Assembly: GCF_000737315.1 (NCBI RefSeq)
Contig: NZ_JMCB01000003.1
Span: forward strand, 868,001-932,000
Length of the DNA stretch: 64,000 nucleotides
DNA from: Hyalangium minutum
GTDB taxonomy: Bacteria; Myxococcota; Myxococcia; Myxococcales; Myxococcaceae
Direction: 5' to 3'
Shown here: piece by piece, positions 1-10,626 of the stretch
How the letters are laid out: each line of letters begins with the position of its first letter
How positions within the stretch are numbered: position 1 is the first letter of the stretch
Notes under the pieces: model-generated
Told to the model about the DNA's origin: nothing
Database searches by the model: none
What the model saw: only the letters and a program-made list of their open reading frames with translations
Translations under genes and position numbers: made by a program

Positions 1-60
1 CGGGTGGGACTCGACGTCCTTGATGCGGATCACCAGGGGAAGCATGAACCTTCTCCTACC

Positions 61-93
61 AAAAAAAGGGGCCTCCGGTTCCCCGGGGCCCCC
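61..93 (-). terminator. Intrinsic terminator of the T6SS operon
   Basis: The minus strand reads GGGGCC-CCGG GGAA CCGG-A-GGCCCC followed by 7 T, about 35 bp downstream of the tssH stop. Confidence 0.8.
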
Positions 94-129
94 TTTTTAC
101 GCGCCCTGTAGGGTCCTGTCCCCCCTTTC

Positions 130-2757
130 TTACGCCTGGGAGAAGGCCAGATCCCACTCCCCGCTGGGGCTGAGCCCCACAGTGAGGTGGGTAGGCGTGG
201 CCCCGCTTGCCAGCTGCTCGAGCAGCTCACGCGACAGCTGCGGCATGAGCGAGGCGCGCATCACGTGGTCCACGTTGCGCGCGCCCGAGTCCATGTCCGT
301 GCACCGGCGGGCGAACTCCTCGATGACCTCCGGGGCGAACTCCGTCTTGATGCGGTGGGAGGTGTGCAGGCGCCCCGCCAGGGAGTTGAGCTTCATCACC
401 GCGATGTCCTTGAGGATCTCGCGCGAGATGGGGACGTAGGGCACCACGCTCATGCGGGCCAGGAGCGCGGGCTTGAAGTGCTTGGTGAGCACCGGCTTGA
501 TGGCGTCGCGCACGGCGTCCACGGCGGGAGGCTCGGGGGCCTGGAACATCTGGGTGATGACGTCCGTGGCCAGGTTGCTGGTGAGGATGATGACGGTGTT
601 CTTGAAGTCCACCGTGCGGCCCTCGCCGTCGTTGAGTACGCCCTTATCGAACACCTGGTAGAAGAGGTTCAGCACCTCGGGGTCGGCCTTCTCGCACTCG
701 TCCAGGAGCACCACGGAGTACGGGCGCTGGCGCACGGCCTCCGTGAGCATGCCACCCTCGCCGTAGCCCACGTAGCCCGGCGGCGAGCCGATGAGGCGCG
801 ACACCGTGTGCTTCTCCTGGAACTCGGACATGTTGATGGTGGTGAGGAAGCGCTCGCCGCCGTAGAGAGCATCCGCCAGGGCCAGGGCCGTCTCCGTCTT
901 GCCCACGCCGCTGGTGCCCACGAAGAGCAGCACGCCGATGGGGGTGTTCGGGTTGCGGATGCCCGCCGTGGAGGCGCGCACCGTCTCGGCCACCGTCTTC
1001 AGCGCCATCTCCTGGCCGCGCACGCGCGACCGGAGCGTCTCCTCCAGGTTCAGCACCGCCTGGAGCGAGGAGCTGCGCATCTTGCCCACGGGGATGCCCG
1101 TCCAGCCGGCCACCACCCGGGCCACCACGTCCGTGTCCACATCCGAGTGGACCATGGGGGACTCACCCCCCAGGCGCTTGAGGTGCTCGCGAGCCTCCTC
1201 CAGCTTGGCCTTGAGCTTCTCCTTCTCGCCGGCGTCCTTGGCGGCGTCCGTCTCGGCCTGGGCCTTCTTCAGCCCATCCACGGCGGCGCGCTGCTCCTCC
1301 CACTTGGCGCGCAGCGTGGCCACCTGATCCTGCACGGCCTTCAGGCGCTCCTCTACGGGGACGCCATCCTCAGGGGGCGGCTTCTGGCCCGAGGCCAGCT
1401 CGCGCTCGCGGGAGGCCTTCTCGCTCTCCAGCGAGGCCAGCTTCGCCTCCAGCTCCACCAGCTCGTCCGGGCGGGCGCTCTGCTCCAGCTTCACGCGCGC
1501 GGCGGCCGTGTCGAGCAGGTCCACCGCCTTGTCCGGCAGCAGGCGGCCGGAGATGTAGCGGTGCGACAGCTCCACCGCCGCGACGATGGCCTCCTCGCGA
1601 ATGCTCACGCCGTGGGCCTTCTCGTACACGGGGCGCAGGCCGCGGATCATCAGCACCGCGTCCTGCTGCGAGGGCTCCTCCACCTTCACCGGCTGGAAGC
1701 GGCGCTCCAGGGCGGGATCCTTCTCGAAGTACTTCTTGTACTCGGACCAGGTGGTGGCGGCCACAGTGCGCAGCTCACCGCGCGCCAGCTCGGGCTTGAG
1801 CAGGTTCGCCGCGTCGCCGCCGCCCTGAGGGCCACCCGCGCCGATCAGCGTGTGCGCCTCGTCGATGAAGAGGATGATCGGCTTGGGCGAGGCCTTCACC
1901 TCGGAGATGACGGCCTTGAGGCGGTTCTCGAACTCGCCCTTCACGCCCGCGCCCGCCTGCAGCAGGCCCAGGTCCAGCCCGAGCAGCTCGAAGTTCTTCA
2001 GGGACTCGGGCACATCGCCCTTGGCGATCGCCAGCGCCAGGCCCTCCACGAGCGCCGTCTTACCCACGCCCGGCTCGCCCACGATGATGGGGTTGTTCTT
2101 CCGGCGCCGGGACAGCACGTCGATCACCTGCCGGATCTCCCGGTCACGGCCGAAAATCGGATCGATCTTCCCCTCGCGGGCCTTCGCGGTGAACGAGGTG
2201 GTGAAGCGCGACAGCGCATCCTCTCCCCGAGGCGCCGCCGCCCCGCCCGCCGGAGCCGGAGCCGAGCCCGCCGCGGCCACTTCCGCCGCCTCCTTGGAGA
2301 CGCTGACGATGTCCTCGAAGGCCTTCTTGAGGGCCTCGGTGGAGATGGCATCCAGCTCCGGGTACGACTCAGCGGAGTACTTGGCGGAGCGGGCGATCCA
2401 CTGCGCCATCAGCGCGCCCGAGCGCAAGCGCAGCGCGCCATGCTCCAGCGAGGCCAGGAGCCACGCGTCCTCGAACCACTGGAAGAGGCTCTCGGAGAAC
2501 ACGGGGCGGCCGGCGTTGCCGGCGCGCAGGCCGCGCAGGGTGTCCTCGACGCGGGCCAGCACTTTGGTCCGGTCTACCTGGAAGTGGCGGAGAATGAGCG
2601 AGGCCTCACCCTCCTCGTCCTCCAGGAGCTGCCGGAGCATGTGCTCGGGGATGATTTCATAACTACGGGCGCTGCTCGCCCGGGACACGCCTCCCTCCAG
2701 ACTGCGCGTGGCAGTGGAGGTAAGACGGCGGACGAGGGTCTTCGGTTCAACGCGCAT
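130..2757 (-). CDS. tssH: T6SS AAA+ ATPase ClpV/TssH
   Basis: 875 aa with two Walker A motifs ([16 protein letters not shown]), ClpB-type RRRKNNP and [13 protein letters not shown]; lies in the T6SS operon. Confidence 0.97.
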   Translation of the reverse strand: MRVEPKTLVRRLTSTATRSLEGGVSRASSARSYEIIPEHMLRQLLEDEEGEASLILRHFQVDRTKVLARVEDTLRGLRAGNAGRPVFSESLFQWFEDAWLLASLEHGALRLRSGALMAQWIARSAKYSAESYPELDAISTEALKKAFEDIVSVSKEAAEVAAAGSAPAPAGGAAAPRGEDALSRFTTSFTAKAREGKIDPIFGRDREIRQVIDVLSRRRKNNPIIVGEPGVGKTALVEGLALAIAKGDVPESLKNFELLGLDLGLLQAGAGVKGEFENRLKAVISEVKASPKPIILFIDEAHTLIGAGGPQGGGDAANLLKPELARGELRTVAATTWSEYKKYFEKDPALERRFQPVKVEEPSQQDAVLMIRGLRPVYEKAHGVSIREEAIVAAVELSHRYISGRLLPDKAVDLLDTAAARVKLEQSARPDELVELEAKLASLESEKASRERELASGQKPPPEDGVPVEERLKAVQDQVATLRAKWEEQRAAVDGLKKAQAETDAAKDAGEKEKLKAKLEEAREHLKRLGGESPMVHSDVDTDVVARVVAGWTGIPVGKMRSSSLQAVLNLEETLRSRVRGQEMALKTVAETVRASTAGIRNPNTPIGVLLFVGTSGVGKTETALALADALYGGERFLTTINMSEFQEKHTVSRLIGSPPGYVGYGEGGMLTEAVRQRPYSVVLLDECEKADPEVLNLFYQVFDKGVLNDGEGRTVDFKNTVIILTSNLATDVITQMFQAPEPPAVDAVRDAIKPVLTKHFKPALLARMSVVPYVPISREILKDIAVMKLNSLAGRLHTSHRIKTEFAPEVIEEFARRCTDMDSGARNVDHVMRASLMPQLSRELLEQLASGATPTHLTVGLSPSGEWDLAFSQA

Positions 2758-2794
2758 CAGATGGCTCCTCTAAAAATTGCGAGTGCAGGTGCTG

Positions 2795-4024
2795 CTAGGG
2801 GCTCGCCGAGGCCCCGCTCCCCGTCGGCAGAGGCAGCGGAACGATCCGCGTCCTCAATCGGGGAACGGCGCCGTGCCGGCCACCCAGGTAGGTGTTGCGC
2901 CCAAGTCGGGCGGGATTCTTGTTCTTGATCTGGAAGGCGCCCAGCACGTCCTCGCGCACGCCCAGCTCCAAGGCACACTCGAGCGGATCGCGCACCACGA
3001 GCGACACCACCTCGCGCACCAGGGGCATCAAGTCGCCCTCGGGCAGCAGCCGGTGGTAGGTGGGCCCATCCAGCGGAGAGATTCCAATGATGAACTTGCC
3101 GGCGCGGTCGAACAGCTTGCCGCCCAGCATGGAGGTGCGGCCCAGGTGCGAGTTGATCTTGCCGAGCATCATCCGCTGCTCGCTCTCCACCTCGACCCAG
3201 CTCCCGGCGAACTGGCGCACGGAGACGCGGGCCTCGCCCAGCTCCTCGCGCAGCACGTCCGCGAGCGCCCGCTCCAGCGTCTGCGCGGTGCGCGCGCGCG
3301 TGGACAGCAGCGGGGCCAGCCGCAGCAGCTGGGACACGGACAGGCGCACCGAGGGGCCGCGCTCGTAGGTGTCCAGGCCCGCCAGCGCCAGCACGCGCCG
3401 CGTCCACACGTCATCCCCGGCGCGCGTCGTCTCCGCCTCGAGCATGTAGCGGGACAGCGCCCGGTACAGCAGCGACACCAGCCGGTGGTGGAAGAGATCC
3501 AGGAACTGCCGCTTCAGCGGGCGGTCCGGATCCTCCTGGGCAATCTCCTCGACGATATAGCCTGGGAGCGGCGAGGACGCGCCGGTGAGGCCCAGGAAGG
3601 TGGTGACCACCTCGAAGACGTGCTTGGGGCCACTCCGCTCCACGCCCCACTCGGAGACCTGGGGCACCAGCCGGACCTGGCTCACGTCTCCCGCGGCAAA
3701 CACCAGGGACGGATCATGCCGGAAGCGGATGGCTTCCTCCGCGGGCGGGCCGTCTCCGCCCACGCGCACCGCGCTGCTCGTCAGCCGCTCCAGCAGGGCC
3801 ACCAGCGAGGTGAAGCGCACGTCGCCCGTGGAGAACTCGAGCGCAGTGTCCAAGCGGAAGCGAACCGTCTGATCGCCGCCGCCCTGCGCTCGCACCTGCA
3901 TGGCGCGCGAGGTCAGCTTCTCCAGCCGCGAGGCCAGAGAGAGCGTGGCGAGCTCTCCGGACTCCTCGTCCGGTGGCTCCTCCCCGTTCAGAGGATCGGC
4001 TGACGGCCGTTGCGAGGAGGCCAC
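2795..4024 (-). CDS. tssG: T6SS baseplate TssG
   Basis: Motifs FLGLTGASSPLP, FLDLFHHRL and LGRNTYLG; overlaps the 3' end of tssF as is typical. Confidence 0.92.
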   Translation of the reverse strand: MASSQRPSADPLNGEEPPDEESGELATLSLASRLEKLTSRAMQVRAQGGGDQTVRFRLDTALEFSTGDVRFTSLVALLERLTSSAVRVGGDGPPAEEAIRFRHDPSLVFAAGDVSQVRLVPQVSEWGVERSGPKHVFEVVTTFLGLTGASSPLPGYIVEEIAQEDPDRPLKRQFLDLFHHRLVSLLYRALSRYMLEAETTRAGDDVWTRRVLALAGLDTYERGPSVRLSVSQLLRLAPLLSTRARTAQTLERALADVLREELGEARVSVRQFAGSWVEVESEQRMMLGKINSHLGRTSMLGGKLFDRAGKFIIGISPLDGPTYHRLLPEGDLMPLVREVVSLVVRDPLECALELGVREDVLGAFQIKNKNPARLGRNTYLGGRHGAVPRLRTRIVPLPLPTGSGASASP

Positions 4025-5730
4025 CGGTACTCCACCTGAGAGGGTTGGATGCGCAGCAACAGCTCGCTGAACGCGTTGAGGCTCACGTACGAGGCGAAGA
4101 TCTCATCCAGCACACTCCCGAAGAGGAAGGCGTCTCCCAGGCCGGTGAAGCCGGCCTCCTCGACGTCGACCGTCACCTGGGTGCCGCGCACGGGAGCGCC
4201 CTGCAGGAAGCGCGTGGCCGGCTTGCCCGCCACGGCCGTGAGGGAATCAATGCGCAGCGTGTTGGCGCGCGCGGTGGGCTGATCCGCTGTCGCCTGGAAG
4301 TTGTAGAGCTCCAGCAGCGCCTTCAGTGTGCCAGGGTCCAGCAGCGAGCGCTGGTTCAGCGCCAGGTGTGACAGCAGCCGCCAGTGCAGCTCCGAGCCCA
4401 GCGGCGGCCGCACCGGCTTGCTCAGCGCAATGATGTTGCGGAACTTGGCCGTGGTGGGCGACGCCGGCGTGGGCATGCTCAGGTCCCCCACCTGCAGCCG
4501 CGTGGGGAGCGAGCGATTGGTGCACGTCAGGTCGATGGAGAGCGTCTCCTCGGTGGCCGAGGGCGCCACGTCGCGCGGGCTGCCGAGCGACAGGAAGGTG
4601 TCGATGCCGTCATTGAGCGGCGACTGGGAGCGGCGCAGGCGGAAGAAGCGCGCGTTGTCCCCGGTGTTGTGCGCGAAGTCGAAGAAGGGCTTGTAGTCCA
4701 GCCGATCCGTGCGTCCAGCCTGGAGGCCGGTGACGGTGTCCACCGAGTAGACCTCCATGTGCTCCGGATCCAGCCCGGAGGCACGCAGCAGGTGCTCGTG
4801 GCCCATGGTGCCGACCTTGATGGGATCGGAGGTGGTGGAGAACAGGTTCACCACCGGCGCGCAGTGCAGCTTGAAGATGTCCTTCGGCACGCGGCCGGTG
4901 AGCGGCGGAGGCCGCTCGAACTCGAAGATGAGCTCCAGCTTCTGGCCGGTGAGCCCGGCGGCGGCCTGCAGCCCGCGCACCTCCACGAAGAGGAACTTCT
5001 GCGGCAGCGTGAAATACTCCTGCAGCAGCCGGTAGCCCTCGGGGGCGCGCGCCGGCCACGGCAGCAGCTGATCCTCTGGAGCGAAGCCCACCGCGCGCAG
5101 GCTGTTCGGCGGCAGCCGCACGGTCTCGGAACCGCCAGAGCCCTTGAGCACCACGCCCTTGCAGTGCCGCATCAGCCACACCAGCAGCGTGGAGCTGACG
5201 GCGGGCTCGCCATGAATGAAGAGGGAGAACCCCTCCTCCTGGAAGATCTCGCTCCTCCCCTGCTCCGCCACCTGGAGCTGCACGCGCAGCACCGGCGCCA
5301 GCTGGGTGGACTGATCCAGCACCGTCTCCACCAGTGTCAGCGGCAGCAGATCCACCGGCCGCGTGGTGCGGAACACGCACGTGGTGCCATCCACCGGCTT
5401 GGAGCCCACCTCAGCGCCCGCGGGGATTCGCGAGCGGCCTCGCAGCAAGCGCGCGTGCGGGGTGAACTCCACCACCGAGGCCGACGGCAGCACCCGCAGG
5501 TAGTGCGGCAGCAGCAGATCCACCAGCCCGTGCACCACCTCGGGGACGGCGTCGTCAATGCGCTCGCGGATGCGGGCCGTCAGGAAGGCGAAGCCCTCCA
5601 GCAGGCGCTCCACGTCCGGATCGCCGCCGCGCTCCACCAGCATGCCGGCCAGCGCGGGGTTGGCGCTTCCAAACGCCTTCCCCATCTCTCGAAGGTATGC
5701 GAGCTCGCTCTGGTAGTACTTGCTGAACAC
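3988..5730 (-). CDS. tssF: T6SS baseplate TssF
   Basis: Motifs YYQSELAYLRE, DPDVERLLEGFAFL, LLQEYFTLPQKFLF and LHCAPVVNLF; GTG start. Confidence 0.96.
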   Translation of the reverse strand: MFSKYYQSELAYLREMGKAFGSANPALAGMLVERGGDPDVERLLEGFAFLTARIRERIDDAVPEVVHGLVDLLLPHYLRVLPSASVVEFTPHARLLRGRSRIPAGAEVGSKPVDGTTCVFRTTRPVDLLPLTLVETVLDQSTQLAPVLRVQLQVAEQGRSEIFQEEGFSLFIHGEPAVSSTLLVWLMRHCKGVVLKGSGGSETVRLPPNSLRAVGFAPEDQLLPWPARAPEGYRLLQEYFTLPQKFLFVEVRGLQAAAGLTGQKLELIFEFERPPPLTGRVPKDIFKLHCAPVVNLFSTTSDPIKVGTMGHEHLLRASGLDPEHMEVYSVDTVTGLQAGRTDRLDYKPFFDFAHNTGDNARFFRLRRSQSPLNDGIDTFLSLGSPRDVAPSATEETLSIDLTCTNRSLPTRLQVGDLSMPTPASPTTAKFRNIIALSKPVRPPLGSELHWRLLSHLALNQRSLLDPGTLKALLELYNFQATADQPTARANTLRIDSLTAVAGKPATRFLQGAPVRGTQVTVDVEEAGFTGLGDAFLFGSVLDEIFASYVSLNAFSELLLRIQPSQVEYRWPPRNGRQPIL

Positions 5731-5754
5731 CCGTGGCTCCCCACCTGCACGCTG

Positions 5755-6147
5755 CTACCAGACCTCGACCTTCCCTCCCGGTGACATCTGCGTCCGGAAC
5801 CGCAGCACGCCGCGGGCGCTGCGATCCGCGGGCTGCGCGCTGATCTCGAAGCGCAGCACGAGCGGATCCTCATCCGGCACGTGACGGACGCTGACGTTGC
5901 GCAGGCGCGGCTCGTACTCCAACACCGTGGCACGGATGGCCGCCTGCAACGTCTGGATGGCCGAGGGGAACGTGTGGACCAGGTCCGTGAAGTCCACCAC
6001 TCCAAAACCCGGCACCGTCGCCGAGTCCCCCTTGCGCGTGTTGAGCAACACCCGCAAGTGCTCGACGATGGAGGCGGAGGCGTCCTGGCTGCGCGAGGAC
6101 GTCCCTTCCTCAGACTCGATACGTGACAGAAGCCCACGCCCCGCCAC
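5755..6147 (-). CDS. tssE: T6SS baseplate TssE (gp25-like)
   Basis: LLNTR...PGFGVVD and LEYEPRL gp25-like motifs; lies between hcp and tssF. Confidence 0.93.
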   Translation of the reverse strand: MAGRGLLSRIESEEGTSSRSQDASASIVEHLRVLLNTRKGDSATVPGFGVVDFTDLVHTFPSAIQTLQAAIRATVLEYEPRLRNVSVRHVPDEDPLVLRFEISAQPADRSARGVLRFRTQMSPGGKVEVW

Positions 6148-6215
6148 TGTCGTGTCCTCTCCGAAGCCTGCCCCCGCGCGCCCGCTTCAACCCGGGCGCG
6201 CGGCGGGCCAGGGAC

Positions 6216-6707
6216 TCAGCGCTGCTGATCCCAGGTGTCCTCGTGCGTCACGCCACCGTTGGTGTACGTCCACCCGATGGTGTGGAACACGAAAGTCACT
6301 TCCTCGAGCGGCGGCTCGGTGGAGCTGGCCGGGACGATGGTGTCCGGCACCACCTGCTTGATGCTGGCGATGCGGCCCTTCTTGAAGCCCACCGTGTAGA
6401 ACTGCTCGGTGGTGCCGTCGCCGGTGGGGTTGGGGCGGAAGAACTTGAAGGTGGCGTCGATCGCCTGGTTCTCGCACAGCGCCTTCATCAGCAGCGGCGA
6501 GGACTTGTCGATGCGCTTACGCACCAGCAGCGGCTGGTACTGGCGGCGGCCCGTGGCGATGCCGGAGCCAGCCTCGCGCGCGGTGATGACCGCCTGCTCG
6601 TAGTAGACGCACTCGATGGAATCCTGGCGGCCCAGGCTCACCTGCGTGCTCTCACCCTTGATGTCCGTCCCGTTCGCCTTGAGGAACAGGTGTACTGTCT
6701 CGGCCAT
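6216..6707 (-). CDS. hcp: T6SS tube protein Hcp
   Basis: 163 aa with IKGES, RRQYQPLLVRKRIDKSSPLL and LEEVTFVFHTIGW. Confidence 0.96.
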   Translation of the reverse strand: MAETVHLFLKANGTDIKGESTQVSLGRQDSIECVYYEQAVITAREAGSGIATGRRQYQPLLVRKRIDKSSPLLMKALCENQAIDATFKFFRPNPTGDGTTEQFYTVGFKKGRIASIKQVVPDTIVPASSTEPPLEEVTFVFHTIGWTYTNGGVTHEDTWDQQR

Positions 6708-6842
6708 GGCGCTTCTCCTTGTCTTGCTAGCTTCAGCGTGATGACTGCGCGTGACTGCGAAGCTGCTTCAAGGGGCCCCCCCTCCGGAGAGCCCGGACCT
6801 GCGAGTATAGCCTCCGGCTCCCACAAAACCGGAGGCTCTGGC

Positions 6843-6866
6843 GAGTAGGGGGTTTTCCCCCAACTC
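6843..6866 (-). promoter_or_regulatory. Stem-loop between tssC and hcp
   Basis: GAGT-A-GGGGG TTTT CCCCC-A-ACTC directly after the tssC stop; no U-tail, so possibly a processing or stabilising hairpin. Confidence 0.4.
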
Positions 6867-6868
6867 CG

Positions 6869-8353
6869 CTACTCCTTGTCCAGCTTGCCCACGAGGGACA
6901 GCGTGAACGAGGCGCCCATGTACTTGAAGTGGGGGCGCACCTGGAGGTTGCAGCGGTACCAGCCCGGCTGGCCCTCCACATCCTCCACCTTGATCTTCGC
7001 CGTGCGCAGCGGGCGCTTGGAGCGCACGCTGGGGGCCGGATCATCCATGTCCGCCACGTACTGGCCGATCCACTGGTTGAGCTCGCGCTCCAGATCCGAG
7101 CGCTCCTTCCAGCTGCCGATCTGCTCGCGCTGCAGCACCTTCAGGTAGTGCGACAGGCGGGACATGATGAACATGTACGGCAGCTGCGTGCCCAGGCGGT
7201 AGTTCGTCTCCGCGGCCTTGCCCTCGGGGCTGTTGCCGAAGAACTTGGGCTTCTGCACGGAGTTGGCCGAGAAGAAGGCGGCGTTGTCCGACTCCTTGCG
7301 GAACACCATGCCGATGAAGCCCTCCTCGGAGAGCTCGTACTCGCGGCGCTCGGTGAGCATCACCTCGGTGGGGATCTTCGTCTGGATCTCGCCCATGGCC
7401 TCGTACTGGTGCAGCGGCAGGCTCTCCACCGCGCCACCCGACTGCGGGCCGATGATGTTCGGGCACCAGCGGTACTTGGCGAACGAGTCGACAATCCGGC
7501 TGGTCAGCGCGATGGAGGCATGGCCCCACAGGTACTTGTCGTGGTGGCCGACGACCTCCTCGTTGAAGTTGAAGCTCTTCACCGAGATGGTCTTCTCACC
7601 GTAGGGCAGCCGCAGCAGGAAGCGCGGCATGGCCAGGCCCACGTAGCGGCTGTCCTCGCTCTCGCGGAAGCTGTGCCACCGGGCGTACTGCGGGCCCTCG
7701 AACAGGGACTTCAGGTCCTTGAGGCCCGGCAGCTTCAGGAAGCTCGTCTCCCCGAAGAACTCCGGCGACGTGTTGGCGATGAACGGCGTGTGCGCCATGG
7801 CCGCCACGGACGCGCACTTCTGCAGCAGCGCGATGTCCTCGGGGCCGGGGCCGAAGTCGAAGTTGGCGCAGATGGTGCCGTAGGGCTTGCCACCGAACAC
7901 GCCGTACTCGTTGGAGTAGACCAGCCGGTACAGGCCGGACTTCACCGTCTCCGGAGCGTCCTCGAAGTCCGTGAGCAGGTCTTCCTTGGTGGCGTTCAGC
8001 ATCTCCACCTTGATGTTCTCGCGGAAGTCCGTGCGGTCGATGAGGAACTTCATGCCGCGCCAGGCGGACTCGAGCGCCTGGAGCTTGGGGTGGTGGAGGA
8101 TCTCGTTGACCTGGGCGCTCAGCCGGGCGTCCACCTCGGCGATCATCGCGTCCACCAGGGCCTTGTCCACGCGCTCGGCGGAGCGGCCCGGGGCCAGCAT
8201 CTCCGCGATGAACGCCTGGACACCCTTCCGGGCGACGTCATAGCCGTCGTCGCTCGGCTTCATCTTCGTCTCGGCGAGGATCTCGTCCAGCAGGGATCCC
8301 TGCGCGTCGACCGTGGTTGCTGCGGCGGTACCCGCCTTGGCTTCAGTGCTCAT
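6869..8353 (-). CDS. tssC: T6SS sheath large subunit TssC
   Basis: Motifs LESAWRG, AAMAHTPF, YVGLAMPRFLLRLPYG and QLPYMF. Confidence 0.97.
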   Translation of the reverse strand: MSTEAKAGTAAATTVDAQGSLLDEILAETKMKPSDDGYDVARKGVQAFIAEMLAPGRSAERVDKALVDAMIAEVDARLSAQVNEILHHPKLQALESAWRGMKFLIDRTDFRENIKVEMLNATKEDLLTDFEDAPETVKSGLYRLVYSNEYGVFGGKPYGTICANFDFGPGPEDIALLQKCASVAAMAHTPFIANTSPEFFGETSFLKLPGLKDLKSLFEGPQYARWHSFRESEDSRYVGLAMPRFLLRLPYGEKTISVKSFNFNEEVVGHHDKYLWGHASIALTSRIVDSFAKYRWCPNIIGPQSGGAVESLPLHQYEAMGEIQTKIPTEVMLTERREYELSEEGFIGMVFRKESDNAAFFSANSVQKPKFFGNSPEGKAAETNYRLGTQLPYMFIMSRLSHYLKVLQREQIGSWKERSDLERELNQWIGQYVADMDDPAPSVRSKRPLRTAKIKVEDVEGQPGWYRCNLQVRPHFKYMGASFTLSLVGKLDKE

Positions 8354-8395
8354 CCGTTTTCAGCCTCTCTCAGAATGCGTGCGTGACGGCGGGGC

Positions 8396-8896
8396 TTACG
8401 GCTTCTTGCCATCCGCGCCCAGACCCAGCTCCGACATCAGCTTCTGGCGGCCCTCGGTGTCGCCGAGCAGCGCCTGGATCTTCTTGCGGAAGGCCGGCAC
8501 GTTGCCCAGAGGCCCCTTGAGGGCGTTGAGCGCCGCGCGCAGCTCCAGCAGCTGCTTGAGCTGGGGCACCTGGTTGACGAGGCCCTCCGGGGTGAAGTCC
8601 GCCAGGGTGGAGAACTTCAGCGAGACGGCCATCTCCGCGCCCTTCTCGTTGGAGAGCTTGTCGGCGACGTTGATGTCCAGGCCGAGGTTCTGCTTGGCCA
8701 TCACCTCGTTGAAGTTCTGCTTGTCGATGCTGATCGGCGTGCGCTCTTCGACAGGGCGATCATCCTTGCGGCCGGTGTAGTCCCCGACCATGAGGACCTT
8801 GAGGGGAAGCTCGACCTCCGCCTGCGCGCCTCCGGTCTCGGACTTGTAGACGATGTTGACGCGCTCCTTCGGCGCAACAGACCCTTCCTTGCTCAC
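8396..8896 (-). CDS. tssB: T6SS sheath small subunit TssB
   Basis: Motifs PKERVNIVY, EVELPLKVLMVGDYTG and DFTPEGLVNQVPQLKQLLELR. Confidence 0.97.
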   Translation of the reverse strand: MSKEGSVAPKERVNIVYKSETGGAQAEVELPLKVLMVGDYTGRKDDRPVEERTPISIDKQNFNEVMAKQNLGLDINVADKLSNEKGAEMAVSLKFSTLADFTPEGLVNQVPQLKQLLELRAALNALKGPLGNVPAFRKKIQALLGDTEGRQKLMSELGLGADGKKP

Positions 8897-8962
8897 CTGG
8901 TGACCTCCTGGTTGGAAACTGCGTTATCCCGCGCGGAACTCACTGTAAGGGGGCCCCCCCAC

Positions 8963-10603
8963 TCACAGAGACACCCTCAGGGCAGCACTGGGATCAATCA
9001 GACAGAGCCGATGATACCGGGCGTTGAACTCCGAGACCAGTCCCTCACCCGCCTTGGGCTGGGGTTTGGAAACCCCCAAGAGGCCCTCCAAGCACTCCGC
9101 TGCTAGCACCGGCTCCCACACGTCCAGCCCCCGCTCGACTGCCTCGCGATCGAGCGCTTCGAACAGCGCGCGGGCCACAGGGGTCTGGCCGCTGGCAGCG
9201 CAAAGTTTCGCAAGCGCCAACCTCGCCTTGAAGCGCTTGCGGCTGGAGGTGGCGCTGTCCACGCGCTTCTGCAGCAGGGCGATCGCCTCGGGGGCCTTGC
9301 CGCCGCCGAGCAGCTTGCGCGCCTCGGTGAGCGCCGCCGCCTCGTCATCGCCCTCCCCTGCCTCGTCCTTGGACGCCGAGCCGCCGCCACCTGTCGCGGC
9401 GGGTGGGGCCAGCTCGGACTCGAGCCACGCGCGCGTCTCTCCGTTGGCCGAGGGTGAGCCGTCGCCAAAGAGGAACTTGGGCACCGAGGGCATGCGCTTG
9501 AGCCAGGAGCCCAGCTCGATCAGCAGCGCCTGGCGCGCGGGCGCGTAGGTAGGCCCCAGCTCCGCGAGTGCGCGGGCGCTGAGGTAGTGCAGATCCACCC
9601 AGAAGCGGTACTGCGTGAGCGCGGACTCGGACTCCTCGAGCACCTCGGCCCACTTGCCGTTCTGCGCCATCTTCTCCAGTTGCGTGCGCAGCGACGGAGG
9701 CGGAGGAGGAATGGACGTCTTCCCGGCGGCGTCCGAGGGCGGCGGCTGCACCAGGTGCAGGTAGAGGCCGACGCGGAGCATCCGGTAGGACTGCGGATCC
9801 GTAGCCACCGCGCGCCGCAGCGTGTTCGCCGCGTTCAGCAGCGCCGAGCCCGTCTGGCGCAGGAAGTCGGTGACACCCTCGGGGCCGGCCAGCGCAGCCA
9901 CCGCGGGCATCTCGACCGCCGGAGCGGGCGTGGGTGCAGCCACGGGCGCCGTCACCGGAGCAATGGCCGGGGGCGGTGGCACCGAGGTGGTGGGCTTGGG
10001 CTGAGGCGGCGGCGGCGGTGGAGGCGGCGGGGCCTCCGCGGGCAGCGAGGCCTTCAGGCGCTGCACGCTCTCCAGCAGCGGCCGGACCGCGGGACCATTG
10101 GCCTCGAACTTCTGCCGGGCCACCTCGGCGAGCCGGGCGGCGGCCACATCGAGCGCCTCGACGCGCTCCTTGGCGCCACTGTCGAGCGGCGTGTCCGCCA
10201 GCGTCAAGGTAGTGCGCTCGATGAGCCAGCCGAGGGCGTTGGCGCGGCCGCGCATGCGGGCCAGCTCCGGGAAGAGGCCTGGCCAGTACCGGTCCATGAT
10301 CTCGGAGACGACCACCAGACCCGTGGCGAGTCCGTCCAGCCCCTGCGTCTGGTACAGGCCAAAGGCCATGTACGTGGCGATGCGGAGATCCTTCGAGACG
10401 GACTGGAGCACCTTGCCGCTGGAGTCGAGCACCATGGGCCAGTCCACGGCGCCACCGGTCACGGATTCCAGCTTGGCCATCTCGGCGATGACGGCCTCGT
10501 ACTGAGGGTTGGTCTTCGCGGTGGCGCCCGCCGGAGCGGCCGTCGAGCACGGCTCGATCCAGTTCTTGGCCTTCTCCTTCAGTTGGTCGATCGAGACTGC
10601 CAT
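8963..10603 (-). CDS. tssA: T6SS TssA (ImpA N-terminal domain, Pro-rich linker)
   Basis: Motifs SKDLRIA, YWPGLFP...RGRANALGW and a poly-Pro linker; position in the operon fits. Confidence 0.9.
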   Translation of the reverse strand: MAVSIDQLKEKAKNWIEPCSTAAPAGATAKTNPQYEAVIAEMAKLESVTGGAVDWPMVLDSSGKVLQSVSKDLRIATYMAFGLYQTQGLDGLATGLVVVSEIMDRYWPGLFPELARMRGRANALGWLIERTTLTLADTPLDSGAKERVEALDVAAARLAEVARQKFEANGPAVRPLLESVQRLKASLPAEAPPPPPPPPPQPKPTTSVPPPPAIAPVTAPVAAPTPAPAVEMPAVAALAGPEGVTDFLRQTGSALLNAANTLRRAVATDPQSYRMLRVGLYLHLVQPPPSDAAGKTSIPPPPPSLRTQLEKMAQNGKWAEVLEESESALTQYRFWVDLHYLSARALAELGPTYAPARQALLIELGSWLKRMPSVPKFLFGDGSPSANGETRAWLESELAPPAATGGGGSASKDEAGEGDDEAAALTEARKLLGGGKAPEAIALLQKRVDSATSSRKRFKARLALAKLCAASGQTPVARALFEALDREAVERGLDVWEPVLAAECLEGLLGVSKPQPKAGEGLVSEFNARYHRLCLIDPSAALRVSL

Positions 10604-10626
10604 GTCACTTCTCCCCCTGCTGGCGC

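Noticed and set aside
187-2928. 913-aa plus-strand ORF and similar long antisense ORFs (4384-5784, 6929-8386, 23393-25447, 25459-27744, 59639-61789)
   Set aside because: Each lies opposite a well-supported gene and has the H/R/G/A-rich composition of shadow frames.
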